In this document: piece after piece, positions 43,175 through 52,342 of the stretch
How positions within the stretch are numbered: the first letter of the stretch is position 1
Layout of the letters: every line of letters begins with the position of its first letter
Assembly: GCA_964351525.1 (NCBI GenBank)
Contig: CAYGOD010000002.1
Coordinates: 422,327-486,326 of the forward strand
Direction: 5' to 3'
From: an uncultured Bdellovibrionales bacterium
Lineage (GTDB): Bacteria; Pseudomonadota; Alphaproteobacteria; Micavibrionales; GCA-2720935
Length of the DNA stretch: 64,000 bases
Translations under genes and position numbers: made by a program
Notes under the pieces: model-generated
What the model was told of the DNA's origin: nothing
Seen by the model: the letters and a program-made list of their open reading frames with translations, nothing else
Databases searched by the model: none

Positions 43175-43585
43175 ATGGATTTAACCGATGCAATGCTAAT
43201 ATCAGCCCAAGGTATGCGTGCCCAAGGTGGCCGTATGAAAGTTATTTCAGAAAACGTTGCCAATGCAAATACGGCGGCAAACACGCCTGAGGAGCTACCT
43301 TATCAACGCCAAATTGTTACTTTTAAAACAGAGCTTGATCGTGCCACGGGTGTGGAAACCGTTGCTGTTGATAAAATTGTTATGGATCAAAGCGATTTCC
43401 GTTTGAAGTTACAGCCCGGCCACCCAGGCGCTGATGAAAATGGATATATCCGTTTGCCCAATGTGAATATGTTGGTCGAAACCATGGATATGCGCGAGGC
43501 CCAAAGATCTTACGAAGCCAATTTGAATATGATTGAATTAAGCCGATCAATGGTAATGCGTACCGTTGATATGTTACGTGAATAG
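43175..43585 (+). CDS. flgC: FlgC, proximal rod protein
   Basis: MDLTDAMLISAQGMRAQGGRMKVISENVANANT … MDMREAQRSYEANLNMIE. Confidence 0.95.
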   Translation: MDLTDAMLISAQGMRAQGGRMKVISENVANANTAANTPEELPYQRQIVTFKTELDRATGVETVAVDKIVMDQSDFRLKLQPGHPGADENGYIRLPNVNMLVETMDMREAQRSYEANLNMIELSRSMVMRTVDMLRE

Positions 43586-43646
43586 TTACTTTAGCGCTTA
43601 AAAATACTATAATAGAGAACGAAAGACATTAAAAAGGATATTGACC

Positions 43647-43988
43647 ATGATTAAAGCACCAGATGCCATTTCAGCCTATCAAAATGCCGGTAAGTTACAA
43701 CAAGGCGGCGTTGGCGGCGTGGGTAATATTGGCAATATCGGCAATATCGATAGTAAAGGCCCCAATCAACCGGGTACATTTGCCGATTTGGTAAAAGAGG
43801 GTATCCAAGATACAATCGCTGTGACCAGAGCATCTGAAGATGTATCAGCACAATTTATCGCGGGTAATGCCGACATCCAAGATGTTGTTGCCGCCGTTGG
43901 TAATGCCGAAATCACATTAAACACAGTGACTGCCATCCGCGATCGCATGGTAACGGCCCTTCAAGAAATCATGCGCATGCCGATTTAA
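43647..43988 (+). CDS. fliE: FliE, MS-ring/rod adaptor
   Basis: ATG at 43647 with AGGA 7 nt upstream. The C-terminus is …DVVAAVGNAEITLNTVTAIRDRMVTALQEIMRMPI. Confidence 0.9.
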   Translation: MIKAPDAISAYQNAGKLQQGGVGGVGNIGNIGNIDSKGPNQPGTFADLVKEGIQDTIAVTRASEDVSAQFIAGNADIQDVVAAVGNAEITLNTVTAIRDRMVTALQEIMRMPI

Positions 43989-44008
43989 TTATCAGGGGTA
44001 TTAGCCTT

Positions 44009-44024
44009 TGGCGGGGTGTTCGCA
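44009..44024 (+). promoter_or_regulatory. Candidate sigma-54 promoter upstream of fliQ
   Basis: TGGCGGGGTGTTCGCA has GG and GC with correct 12-nt spacing, but three mismatches elsewhere. It lies 75 bp upstream of the fliQ ATG. Confidence 0.3.
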
Positions 44025-44098
44025 GAATTCTTTGATATAATAATTCTTTATTTAAAAATCGCTTTGCGCTGTAAAGTGAATAGCGGTACTATATTTCC

Positions 44099-44368
44099 AT
44101 GACAGAAGCAGAAATTATTGATGTAGCCAAAGAGGCCATGTGGGTGTGTATCAAAATGGGTACGCCGATCATGTTAATTGGCTTGATTGTCGGTGTGGCG
44201 ATTTCTCTTATTCAGGCCCTAACGCAAATTCAGGAAATGACCCTTGCTTTTGTTCCCAAAATTATCGCTATTTTTATAGGTCTCTTCATATTTATGCCTG
44301 GTTTGGCGACGATATTGGTGCCTTATACAAAAAATCTGTTACAATCGGTGACCGGATTTAGTGGTTAG
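44099..44368 (+). CDS. fliQ: FliQ, export apparatus protein
   Basis: 89 aa with two TM segments, and typical FliQ sequence. Confidence 0.95.
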   Translation: MTEAEIIDVAKEAMWVCIKMGTPIMLIGLIVGVAISLIQALTQIQEMTLAFVPKIIAIFIGLFIFMPGLATILVPYTKNLLQSVTGFSG

Positions 44369-44385
44369 TGGGGCTTGACGTATAA

Positions 44386-45162
44386 ATGCAAAGCTTATTA
44401 ACCGAATTTCTGACCTCCTTTCTTTTTGTCTATATCATGGTGTTCGTGCGTTTTGGTACGGCGATCATGATTATGCCTGGTTTTGGTGACACGTTTGTAT
44501 CCCCTCAGGTTAGGCTTTATTTCGTGCTGGCATTATCATTAGTGGTCGCGCCCGCACTGACCACATCTATTCCCACACCACCATCGAGTGCCGTGGCCTT
44601 GGTCGGTATGGTTTCTATTGAAGCTATTATTGGTTTTTTCATTGGGACAATCGCGCGGATCATGATGTCGGTTTTATCGGTGGCGGGGATGATGATCTCA
44701 ATGCAGTCGGGTCTTGCTAGTGCACAGGTATTTAACCCCACTATGTCGGGGCAGGGATCTATTATCGGTGCTTATTTATCTGTCGTGGGTGTGGTCTTGA
44801 TTTTTGTTACAGACTTGCATCATCTTCTTATTTTGTCTGTATTTCATTCTTATGATGTCTTCCCATTTGCAACATTGGGTGATGTGGGGGACATATCTCA
44901 AACAATTACCCGTTTAGTTGCTGAGAGCTTTAATATAGGTATTCAATTTGCCGTGCCCTTTATTATTGTATCATTAATGATTTATCTGGCGCTGGGTGTG
45001 ATGGCGCGTTTAATGCCACAAATGCAGATTTTCTTTATTGCGCTACCAATTCAAATTATTGTCAGCCTTATGTTGTTGGCGATTGTTGTCGGTAGCGGTC
45101 TCTATTATTGGTTGGGGCATTTCGAAAGTGCTTTGATCGGCATACTTGGCGGAAGGGGGTGA
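44386..45162 (+). CDS. fliR: FliR, export apparatus protein
   Basis: 258 aa, polytopic, lying between fliQ and flhB. Confidence 0.95.
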   Translation: MQSLLTEFLTSFLFVYIMVFVRFGTAIMIMPGFGDTFVSPQVRLYFVLALSLVVAPALTTSIPTPPSSAVALVGMVSIEAIIGFFIGTIARIMMSVLSVAGMMISMQSGLASAQVFNPTMSGQGSIIGAYLSVVGVVLIFVTDLHHLLILSVFHSYDVFPFATLGDVGDISQTITRLVAESFNIGIQFAVPFIIVSLMIYLALGVMARLMPQMQIFFIALPIQIIVSLMLLAIVVGSGLYYWLGHFESALIGILGGRG

Positions 45163-45171
45163 GGGGTATAA

Positions 45172-46251
45172 ATGTCTGGAGAAGATACACAAGATGACAG
45201 TCAGAAAACCGAAGACCCCACGCCCAAACGCCTTCAAGAGATGCGGGATAAGGGCCAAGTTGCGATGAGCCGAGAAATCAATAGCTGGTTGATGTTATTC
45301 ACTGGTACGTTGATTCTTGTCTTTCTGGGGCCGTGGTTTTTTAGTGGTATTTCTGGTGTTATGACGGCCTTTATTGAAAAACCCCATTTGTTATTGGCGG
45401 ATTCAATGGGATTTCATAACGTGATGGTTGAAACCTTTAGGGGGATTGGGGGGTATTTAACCCTGCCTGCTATCTTACTTATCGTGGCCGCTATTATTGG
45501 ACCTTTTGCACAGATAGGGCCGATCTTTTCTTCTGAAACCATTCAGCCCAAATTAGAGAAAATCAGTTTGATTAAGGGGATGGGGCGCTTATTTGCAATG
45601 CGTTCAATCGTCGAATTCCTTAAGGGGATTGTTAAAATGGTTATCGTTGGCGTCGTCATCGGTATTATTTTATATCCCGTTCTGGATGAAACGCCCGGTT
45701 ATGTTGGGCAATCAATGGGCTTTATGATGGCAAAAATCATTGAATTGACAATCAAGGTTATGATCGGTGTGTTAGCCGTTTTATTCGTTGTGGCGGTGTT
45801 AGACCTTATATATCAGCGCCACGAACACATGAAAAAAGCCAAGATGAGCCGCCAAGATATTAAGGATGAATATAAGCAATCAGAGGGTGACCCACACGTT
45901 AAGGGACGCTTGCGGATGTTGCGCCAAGAGCGCGCACGTAAACGCATGATGGCTGATGTACCAAAAGCTGATGTTATTATTACTAACCCGACCCACTATG
46001 CGATTGCCTTGCGGTATAATCCCCAAAAAATGAATGCGCCAGTGATGATTGCCAAGGGTGTTGACGCGGTTGCTTTGCGTATCCGTGCGGTTGCGACCGA
46101 ACATAAAATACCGATCATGGAGAATAAGCCGCTCGCTCGTGCCTTGCATGCTAGTATGGAGCTTGATCAAGAAATTCCTGCTGAACACTTTAAGGCTGTC
46201 GCTGCAATTATCTCTTATGTATTTAAACAAAAGGGAAAAAGTCTCAGCTAG
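45172..46251 (+). CDS. flhB: FlhB, export switch protein
   Basis: 359 aa with N-terminus KTEDPTPKRLQEMRDKGQVAMSRE and the autocleavage site ITNPTHYAIAL. Confidence 0.95.
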   Translation: MSGEDTQDDSQKTEDPTPKRLQEMRDKGQVAMSREINSWLMLFTGTLILVFLGPWFFSGISGVMTAFIEKPHLLLADSMGFHNVMVETFRGIGGYLTLPAILLIVAAIIGPFAQIGPIFSSETIQPKLEKISLIKGMGRLFAMRSIVEFLKGIVKMVIVGVVIGIILYPVLDETPGYVGQSMGFMMAKIIELTIKVMIGVLAVLFVVAVLDLIYQRHEHMKKAKMSRQDIKDEYKQSEGDPHVKGRLRMLRQERARKRMMADVPKADVIITNPTHYAIALRYNPQKMNAPVMIAKGVDAVALRIRAVATEHKIPIMENKPLARALHASMELDQEIPAEHFKAVAAIISYVFKQKGKSLS

Positions 46252-46369
46252 AACCATCAATCGCTTAAGGGGTTTTAAAAGCTGTGGTATGATACCTTTT
46301 CTTGCTGTAAAATAACACGCAATATACATCTTATATGATCTCTATTTATTTAGGCACTATCTATTATTT

Positions 46370-48991
46370 ATGAAGAAAATTAATAAAAAACACGAATTCT
46401 TTATCGCGCCCGAAGGGGGTGATATGGATTTATTCGCAGAGAGCGCCGAACATGATGTTGGTTCGGGGGCGGGGTCTTTTAATCCTATCTTGTGGTTGAT
46501 TATCTTGTTTGTGGTTGGTTTTCTATGTCTTGAGTTCATCCAATTCTTTCTACCCGAGGCTGTTGTAAAACAATGGTTTCAAGGGCATACGACCTTGTTA
46601 TTCGTTATTATTGCGGCTTTTTTGGCGGTTTTTATTATGACCTTGTTTGGTTTTTTCAGATTACAGGGCGCACGCCGCCAGGTTGCTCAAGAATACGCTT
46701 TGATGAAAAGCGTTCTAGAGGGATCAAAGGGCGCGCGTTTTATTTGTGATCCACAAGGGCTTGGTTTATATGCAAATATTAAATTCTACGATATTGTTGG
46801 TCTGCGCGATGAGGCCCTACAGAATAATTTTACACTTCAGGCATTAGAGGTGTTTTTTGCCGATAGTTTGGCGCAAGCTAATATCTCATTGCAAGATATG
46901 GCTGCCGCTGCGCGTGACGGCGAAAGTCAGCTTTTTGAAATTCCGTTCACGGATAGTGAGGGTATGGAGAAACATTTCGCCATTGCCATTCATGCGGTGG
47001 GGGGATGGAAAAACTATACCCATGTCCGTATTGATGACATTACCGACAGACGGGACATAGAAAAAGTCACAGATTTTGAGCGTCAGCGCTTGTTAGACTT
47101 CATGGATAATGCCTTGGTTGGCTTCTTTTCGGTTGATGAGCAAGGGCGTTTTCTTTTTGCAAATTCTACGCTGGCAAGGTGGTTGGGGGTTAAAGAAACC
47201 GATTTCGACGGTATGACACTACACGATTGTTTGGTTGATCCGCCCATTGGTGGCATGGCCTATGATGTTGTTGAGGGCGGCGGCACAAAACAGTTTGGCG
47301 AAATGTATTTAAAGACGGCTGATGGTGAAACTTTCCTTGTTGCCATTGCCCATGCGGTTATTCATGAAAATGGTGAAGCGGTACGTACGCAATCGGTTGT
47401 GCGTGATTTGACCCCCGAATATGAAATGAAAGAGGCGTTAAAACGTTCTGAAGATCGTTTTCATCGCTTTTTTGATGACGCGCCAACGGGTATATTATTG
47501 ATGAATCAAGATGGTAAAATCGAAGAGGTCAATAAGTCTTTTTGTACGATGACGGGACAAAAGGCCTCAGGCCTTATTGGTACGTTCTTGGTGGAAGCGC
47601 TTAATAAAGAAAGTCAGCCACAGTTAAAGTCTCTTATTCGTGCTATTGATTTAAAAACCGAAGCGAAAAAAGAGGCCATTGAAGTTCACTTATTGCCATC
47701 CTATGGCGATATGACGTTGCAATTAACGGCCAATAAATTACGCGGTAGTAAAAGCTTTATCATTCACGTATCTGATCTATCTAGGCAAAAACAGCTTGAG
47801 GTGCAATTCACCCAATCACAAAAAATGCAAGCCGTGGGTCAATTGGCGGGCGGTATCGCGCATGATTTTAATAATTTGCTGACGGCTATGATCGGTTTTT
47901 GTGATTTATTGCTTGAGCGTCATCAGGCAGGTGATCCATCATTCCAAGATATTATGCAGATTCAACAAAATGCCAATCGCGCCGCAAATTTGGTGCGTCA
48001 ATTATTGGCTTTTAGTCGCCAGCAGACCTTGCGTCCACAATTACTAGATATGACAGATGTTTTGTCCGAGTTGTCTAACTTATTGCGTCGTTTGATCGGC
48101 GTGAACATTACCTTGACGATGCATCATGGTCGCGATTTGTGGCCGATTAAGGCAGATCAGGGGCAAATGGATCAGGTCTTTATTAATCTGGTCGTTAATG
48201 CCCGTGATGCCATGGTCGAAAAAGCCAGTAAGTCCAAAGATAAAAAAACAAAGAAAGATGGTGAAATCACCATCACCAGTGAAGCATTTCAGAATGATAA
48301 CGAGATAGAATTGGTTTCTGATACTTTGCCACAAGGTGAGTGGGTTAAGATTGATGTGCGCGATCAAGGCTGTGGTATTCCAGAAGATATTATTACCCGT
48401 ATCTTTGATCCTTTTTTCACAACAAAGGGATTGGGTGAGGGAACGGGTTTAGGGCTATCAACGGTCTATGGTATTATCCGTCAAACAGGGGGGTATTTAG
48501 ATGTACAGTCGGTCGTTGATAATGGAACTGTGTTTACAATCTTCTTGCCGCGTGCCTCTGCCGATGATTTAGAGAAGCTAAAGGTTGTTGAAAAAGAAAT
48601 CGTCAAAGCCAAAGATTTGACAGGATCAGAACGTATCTTGTTGGTTGAAGATGAGGAGGCTGTGCGTAAATTCTCCAAGCGCGCTTTGTCTGCCAAGGGC
48701 TATGAAGTGCTTGAGGCTGAACATGGCGCGGCTGCTGTTAAGGTTTACGATGATAATGATGGACAAGTTGATCTAGTCATTACCGATGTCATGATGCCCG
48801 AAATGGACGGCCCGACGATGGCCAAAATATTACAAGAAAAAGACCCTGCTATTAGAATATTATTTGTCTCTGGTTTCAGCGAAGATCGCATCAGTGATTA
48901 TGCGGGCGATAATATTTACTTCCTCGCTAAGCCGTTCAGTCTTAAGCAATTGGCTGGAAAAGTTAAAGAAATTCTTGAAGAATCGCAATAA
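46370..48991 (+). CDS. cckA: Hybrid sensor histidine kinase (2 TM, PAS repeats, DHp, HATPase, receiver), CckA-like
   Basis: H-box GGIAHDFNNLLTAMIG, G-boxes …DQGCGIP…GEGTGLGLSTVYG, and a C-terminal REC (ILLVEDEE…VITDVMMPEMDG…). The architecture and H-box match CckA. The orthology call is tentative. Confidence 0.6.
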   Translation: MKKINKKHEFFIAPEGGDMDLFAESAEHDVGSGAGSFNPILWLIILFVVGFLCLEFIQFFLPEAVVKQWFQGHTTLLFVIIAAFLAVFIMTLFGFFRLQGARRQVAQEYALMKSVLEGSKGARFICDPQGLGLYANIKFYDIVGLRDEALQNNFTLQALEVFFADSLAQANISLQDMAAAARDGESQLFEIPFTDSEGMEKHFAIAIHAVGGWKNYTHVRIDDITDRRDIEKVTDFERQRLLDFMDNALVGFFSVDEQGRFLFANSTLARWLGVKETDFDGMTLHDCLVDPPIGGMAYDVVEGGGTKQFGEMYLKTADGETFLVAIAHAVIHENGEAVRTQSVVRDLTPEYEMKEALKRSEDRFHRFFDDAPTGILLMNQDGKIEEVNKSFCTMTGQKASGLIGTFLVEALNKESQPQLKSLIRAIDLKTEAKKEAIEVHLLPSYGDMTLQLTANKLRGSKSFIIHVSDLSRQKQLEVQFTQSQKMQAVGQLAGGIAHDFNNLLTAMIGFCDLLLERHQAGDPSFQDIMQIQQNANRAANLVRQLLAFSRQQTLRPQLLDMTDVLSELSNLLRRLIGVNITLTMHHGRDLWPIKADQGQMDQVFINLVVNARDAMVEKASKSKDKKTKKDGEITITSEAFQNDNEIELVSDTLPQGEWVKIDVRDQGCGIPEDIITRIFDPFFTTKGLGEGTGLGLSTVYGIIRQTGGYLDVQSVVDNGTVFTIFLPRASADDLEKLKVVEKEIVKAKDLTGSERILLVEDEEAVRKFSKRALSAKGYEVLEAEHGAAAVKVYDDNDGQVDLVITDVMMPEMDGPTMAKILQEKDPAIRILFVSGFSEDRISDYAGDNIYFLAKPFSLKQLAGKVKEILEESQ

Positions 48992-49060
48992 GATCATTTG
49001 ATGGCTTTAATCATCAATGTGGATGGCATTGCCATGGTTGAAAAAACTATAGACAAAAAA

Positions 49061-49075
49061 GAACAAAGCAAGTAC
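49061..49075. promoter_or_regulatory. Possible alphaproteobacterial SOS (LexA) box upstream of recA
   Basis: GAACAAAGCAAGTAC is GAAC-N7-GTAC, compared with the recalled consensus GAAC-N7-GAAC. It lies about 50 bp upstream of the recA ATG. Confidence 0.25.
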
Positions 49076-49124
49076 AAATAAGAGTAAGAGATAAACCGAT
49101 TCCTTTTAACAGCATAAGAAAGAT

Positions 49125-50219
49125 ATGACTATGGATAAGCAAAAAGCACTTGAATCAGCCCTTGGGCAAATCGAACGCGCCTTTGGTAAGGGCTCTATTA
49201 TGAAGCTTGGTGGTGAAGGTCAAAATATTGATATTGAAACAGTTCCCACGGGTTCTCTTTCATTGGATATCGCCTTGGGTATTGGCGGACTTCCTCGTGG
49301 TCGCGTTATTGAAGTTTATGGTCCTGAGAGCTCGGGTAAAACGACATTGGCTCTTCATGTCATTGCTGAGGCACAAAAATTAGGCGGAACATGTGCTTTT
49401 ATTGATGCTGAGCATGCGCTTGATCCAACATATGCTAAAAAGCTTGGCTGTAATATTGAGGAACTTCTTATTTCTCAACCAGATGCAGGTGAGCAGGCCT
49501 TGGAAATTACAGATACATTGGTGCGCTCAGGTGCGCTTGACGTCTTGGTTATTGACTCTGTTGCGGCGCTAACTCCGCGCGCGGAGCTTGAGGGTGATAT
49601 GGGTGACAGTCATATGGGGCTACAAGCTCGTTTGATGAGCCAGGCTTTAAGAAAACTGACATCATCAATTTCAAAATCAAATACGATTGTTATCTTCATT
49701 AACCAAATTCGTCAAAAAATTGGTATTATGTTTGGTAATCCGGAAACAACAACAGGTGGTAATGCGCTTAAGTTCTATGCTTCTGTGCGTCTTGATATCC
49801 GCCGTATCGGTGCGATTAAAGATAAAGAAGAAATTACAGGTAACCGCACGCGCGTTAAAGTTGTTAAAAATAAAATGGCCCCACCATTCCGTCAGGTTGA
49901 ATTTGATATCATGTATGGTGAGGGTGTTTCCAAGAATGGGGAAATCCTTGATCTAGGTGTTCAGGCGGAGATCGTTGATAAAGCTGGTGCATGGTATTCT
50001 TACCAAGGCCAAAAAGTTGGACAAGGACGGGAGAATTCAAAAATCTTCTTACAGGAAAACCCTGATATTAAAGCGGAGATTGAAAATAAAATTCGTGCTA
50101 ATGCCGGGCTTGTTGCTGAAAAACTTATGGTTGGAGCTGAACATGATGAGGCCGCCAACGCTGTATCTGAGGCGGTCGAGACAAAAGATGCTAAAAAACC
50201 AAAAGAAGTTGCTGCATAA
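49125..50219 (+). CDS. recA: RecA recombinase
   Basis: The sequence is unmistakable: Walker [14 protein letters not shown]1/L2 loops, …[15 protein letters not shown]…. Confidence 0.98.
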   Translation: MTMDKQKALESALGQIERAFGKGSIMKLGGEGQNIDIETVPTGSLSLDIALGIGGLPRGRVIEVYGPESSGKTTLALHVIAEAQKLGGTCAFIDAEHALDPTYAKKLGCNIEELLISQPDAGEQALEITDTLVRSGALDVLVIDSVAALTPRAELEGDMGDSHMGLQARLMSQALRKLTSSISKSNTIVIFINQIRQKIGIMFGNPETTTGGNALKFYASVRLDIRRIGAIKDKEEITGNRTRVKVVKNKMAPPFRQVEFDIMYGEGVSKNGEILDLGVQAEIVDKAGAWYSYQGQKVGQGRENSKIFLQENPDIKAEIENKIRANAGLVAEKLMVGAEHDEAANAVSEAVETKDAKKPKEVAA

Positions 50220-50245
50220 TCAAGCAAGTACATAACATATCGAAA

Positions 50246-50275
50246 GGCCAGAGGTTATTCTCTGGTCTTTTTTTA
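50246..50275 (+). terminator. recA terminator
   Basis: GGCCAGA-ggttattc-TCTGGTC followed by T8. Confidence 0.7.
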
Positions 50276-50358
50276 TAGTTTTGATTTTATTTGGACGTTC
50301 CAATTTTTGCATAACGCAAGAACATCCTTTTGTGTGTTTGTTATATAATTACGCAATC

Positions 50359-50407
50359 TGTGGATAACTGTTGTTCTTTCCACAGTTCAAAATATTCTCG
50401 TGGATAA
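50359..50407. promoter_or_regulatory. Cluster of DnaA-box-like sequences upstream of gcrA
   Basis: TGTGGATAA (50359-50367) is a perfect complement of TTATCCACA. CGTGGATAA (50399-50407) has 1 mismatch. CTTTCCACA (50377-50385) has the opposite orientation and 2 mismatches. Confidence 0.5.
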
Positions 50408-50594
50408 CAGTGTCTTTTACGACTCGGGGCACTACCGCTCCTCCTCATTATCTGTTAACAATAATGACATCACACAGATAAGAAATATTTTTTAAGATCC
50501 TTGGTGCCACAAGACATGTTCTTGTTTTCCAATTGATCCAGACTGCTGTTGTTAGCTGTGTATTTGAACAATATTTTATTTAAAGGGGTTAGCA

Positions 50595-51065
50595 ATGAGC
50601 TGGACAGATGATCGCGTAGATGTTTTAAAGAAATTATGGACAGAAGGGCGTACAGCCAGCGAGATTGCAAAAGAATTGGGCGGTGTGACTCGTAATGCCG
50701 TTATCGGTAAGGTTCACCGTCTTGGTTTATCTGGTCGTCCATCACCCATTAAGCGTCGTACGAAAAAAGCCGAAGCAAAACGCAGTGCTGCGTTGAAGAC
50801 GAAAAAGACAGCAACAACGGTTACTCCTATTCGCAAGAAACAAGAAATCTTTATTCCCGCTGATGGCGGCGCTGAGTTGCTAGAACTTAAGGAAAGCATG
50901 TGCAAGTGGCCTATTGGAGACCCTAAAACATCTGAATTTCGTTTTTGTGGCCAAAAGAAAACCTCTGGTATTCCTTATTGTGAACACCATGCGGCTGTTG
51001 CTTATCAGGGATCAAAGCGCAAAAAAATATTGCAGTCGAAAAAAGTTATAAACACAAAGAAATAA
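50595..51065 (+). CDS. gcrA: GcrA cell-cycle regulator
   Basis: MSWTDDRVDVLKKLWTEGRTASEIAKELGGVTRNAVIGKVHRLGLSGR… and the C-terminus …CKWPIGDP…FCG…YCEHHA. Confidence 0.9.
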   Translation: MSWTDDRVDVLKKLWTEGRTASEIAKELGGVTRNAVIGKVHRLGLSGRPSPIKRRTKKAEAKRSAALKTKKTATTVTPIRKKQEIFIPADGGAELLELKESMCKWPIGDPKTSEFRFCGQKKTSGIPYCEHHAAVAYQGSKRKKILQSKKVINTKK

Positions 51066-51093
51066 GTCACGCTATAGAGTGATTTAAAGAAAA

Positions 51094-51127
51094 AGCCTCT
51101 TCGCCCAGTCGAAGGGGCTTTCTTCTT
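51094..51127 (+). terminator. gcrA terminator
   Basis: AGCCTCTTCG-cccagt-CGAAGGGGCT followed by a T-rich tail. Confidence 0.6.
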
Positions 51128-51244
51128 ATCGCTCAATTTGTTAATAGCCGGGATATTATTTGTTTTTAGGAACGAATGGTTTATTTTAATATATGTATAT
51201 TTTTACTTATTTTCTTCACCTAAATTAAGAGCTCACTTTATATC

Positions 51245-52339
51245 ATGTCAAAAAAATCTAATATCTTGGCGATCTGTATTGCTCTTGTGGCACTTATCTG
51301 GATCGGATCTGGTTTTTTAAAGAATGATCATAGTAAGAGTGTTTCTAGCGCTAGCGTGACAGAATCAGAATTAGAAGATGGTCAAGAACTGTTTCAAGTT
51401 CGCGTTGCTGACTTAATAGCACAAGATTATCAACAGCGTGTCTCAATCACAGGGTTAACCCAAGCTTTCTTGGATGTTACAGTGCGCGCCGAGGTTGCTG
51501 GCGCGGTTCGTGCGACACCTATTGATGAGGGTCGCTTTGTAATGAAAGACACGGTGATTTTTGAATTAGCCATGGAAGATCGTTTGGCGATAAAAAAACA
51601 AGCTGAAGCCGCCATGCACCAAGCACACATTGAATATAAGGCCGCCACTCAATTACAGAAAAAAGGCTATAGCTCAGACGTCCGTCTAGCAACGGCGCGC
51701 GCAAATTTAGACGCAGCACAAGCGTCTGTAGACCGCGCTATATTAGATGTGAATAACGTCCAAATTAAAGCGCCTTTTGACGGAATCTTAGAAAGACGTA
51801 TGCTAGATGTTGGTGATTTCGCCAGTCGCGGGGATGCATTATTAAGATTTGTATCTCTGTCGCCGATAAAAGTAACCGCGTTTGTAACAGAGCAACAAAA
51901 GGTAATTATTACAAAAGGTAATAAAGCGCAAATTACTTTGGTTGATGGTCATGAAATTGAGGGTGAGATTGTTTATGTTGCGTCCATTGCTGATCCAACA
52001 AGTCGTACCTTTGAAATTGAACTCTGGGCGGATAATGCCGACAATAAAATATCGGCTGGATTGACAGCGAATATTGAGGTGCTAGGGAACAGCTATCGCG
52101 CTTATAAGGTTTCACCGTCTGTTTTAACTCTATCTGATTCAGGCATTGTTGGGGTTAAGCTTGTTGGTGATGATGATCTTGTCACGTTTCATCCTGTGAA
52201 AATCTTAACAGATACAAAAGATGGTATTTGGATTAAAGGATTAGATGATGATATTCGTCTGATCACTGTTGGGCAAGAATTTGTGATTGATGGTCAATTG
52301 GTTGACCCTGTTTTATCCGATGATATTAAGGGGCAATAA
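51245..52339 (+). CDS. RND efflux periplasmic adaptor (MFP)
   Basis: 364 aa with a signal anchor, a lipoyl/hairpin/beta-barrel pattern (…VRAEVAGAV…, …IKAPFDGILERR…), and a position directly upstream of the RND pump. Confidence 0.85.
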   Translation: MSKKSNILAICIALVALIWIGSGFLKNDHSKSVSSASVTESELEDGQELFQVRVADLIAQDYQQRVSITGLTQAFLDVTVRAEVAGAVRATPIDEGRFVMKDTVIFELAMEDRLAIKKQAEAAMHQAHIEYKAATQLQKKGYSSDVRLATARANLDAAQASVDRAILDVNNVQIKAPFDGILERRMLDVGDFASRGDALLRFVSLSPIKVTAFVTEQQKVIITKGNKAQITLVDGHEIEGEIVYVASIADPTSRTFEIELWADNADNKISAGLTANIEVLGNSYRAYKVSPSVLTLSDSGIVGVKLVGDDDLVTFHPVKILTDTKDGIWIKGLDDDIRLITVGQEFVIDGQLVDPVLSDDIKGQ

Positions 52340-52342
52340 TCA

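Noticed and set aside
50359-50407. DnaA-box cluster considered as the chromosomal replication origin.
   Set aside because: There are only two good boxes plus one weak one. I could identify no adjacent AT-rich unwinding repeats. The location between the recA terminator and gcrA fits a promoter element better, since DnaA is known to regulate gcrA in Caulobacter.
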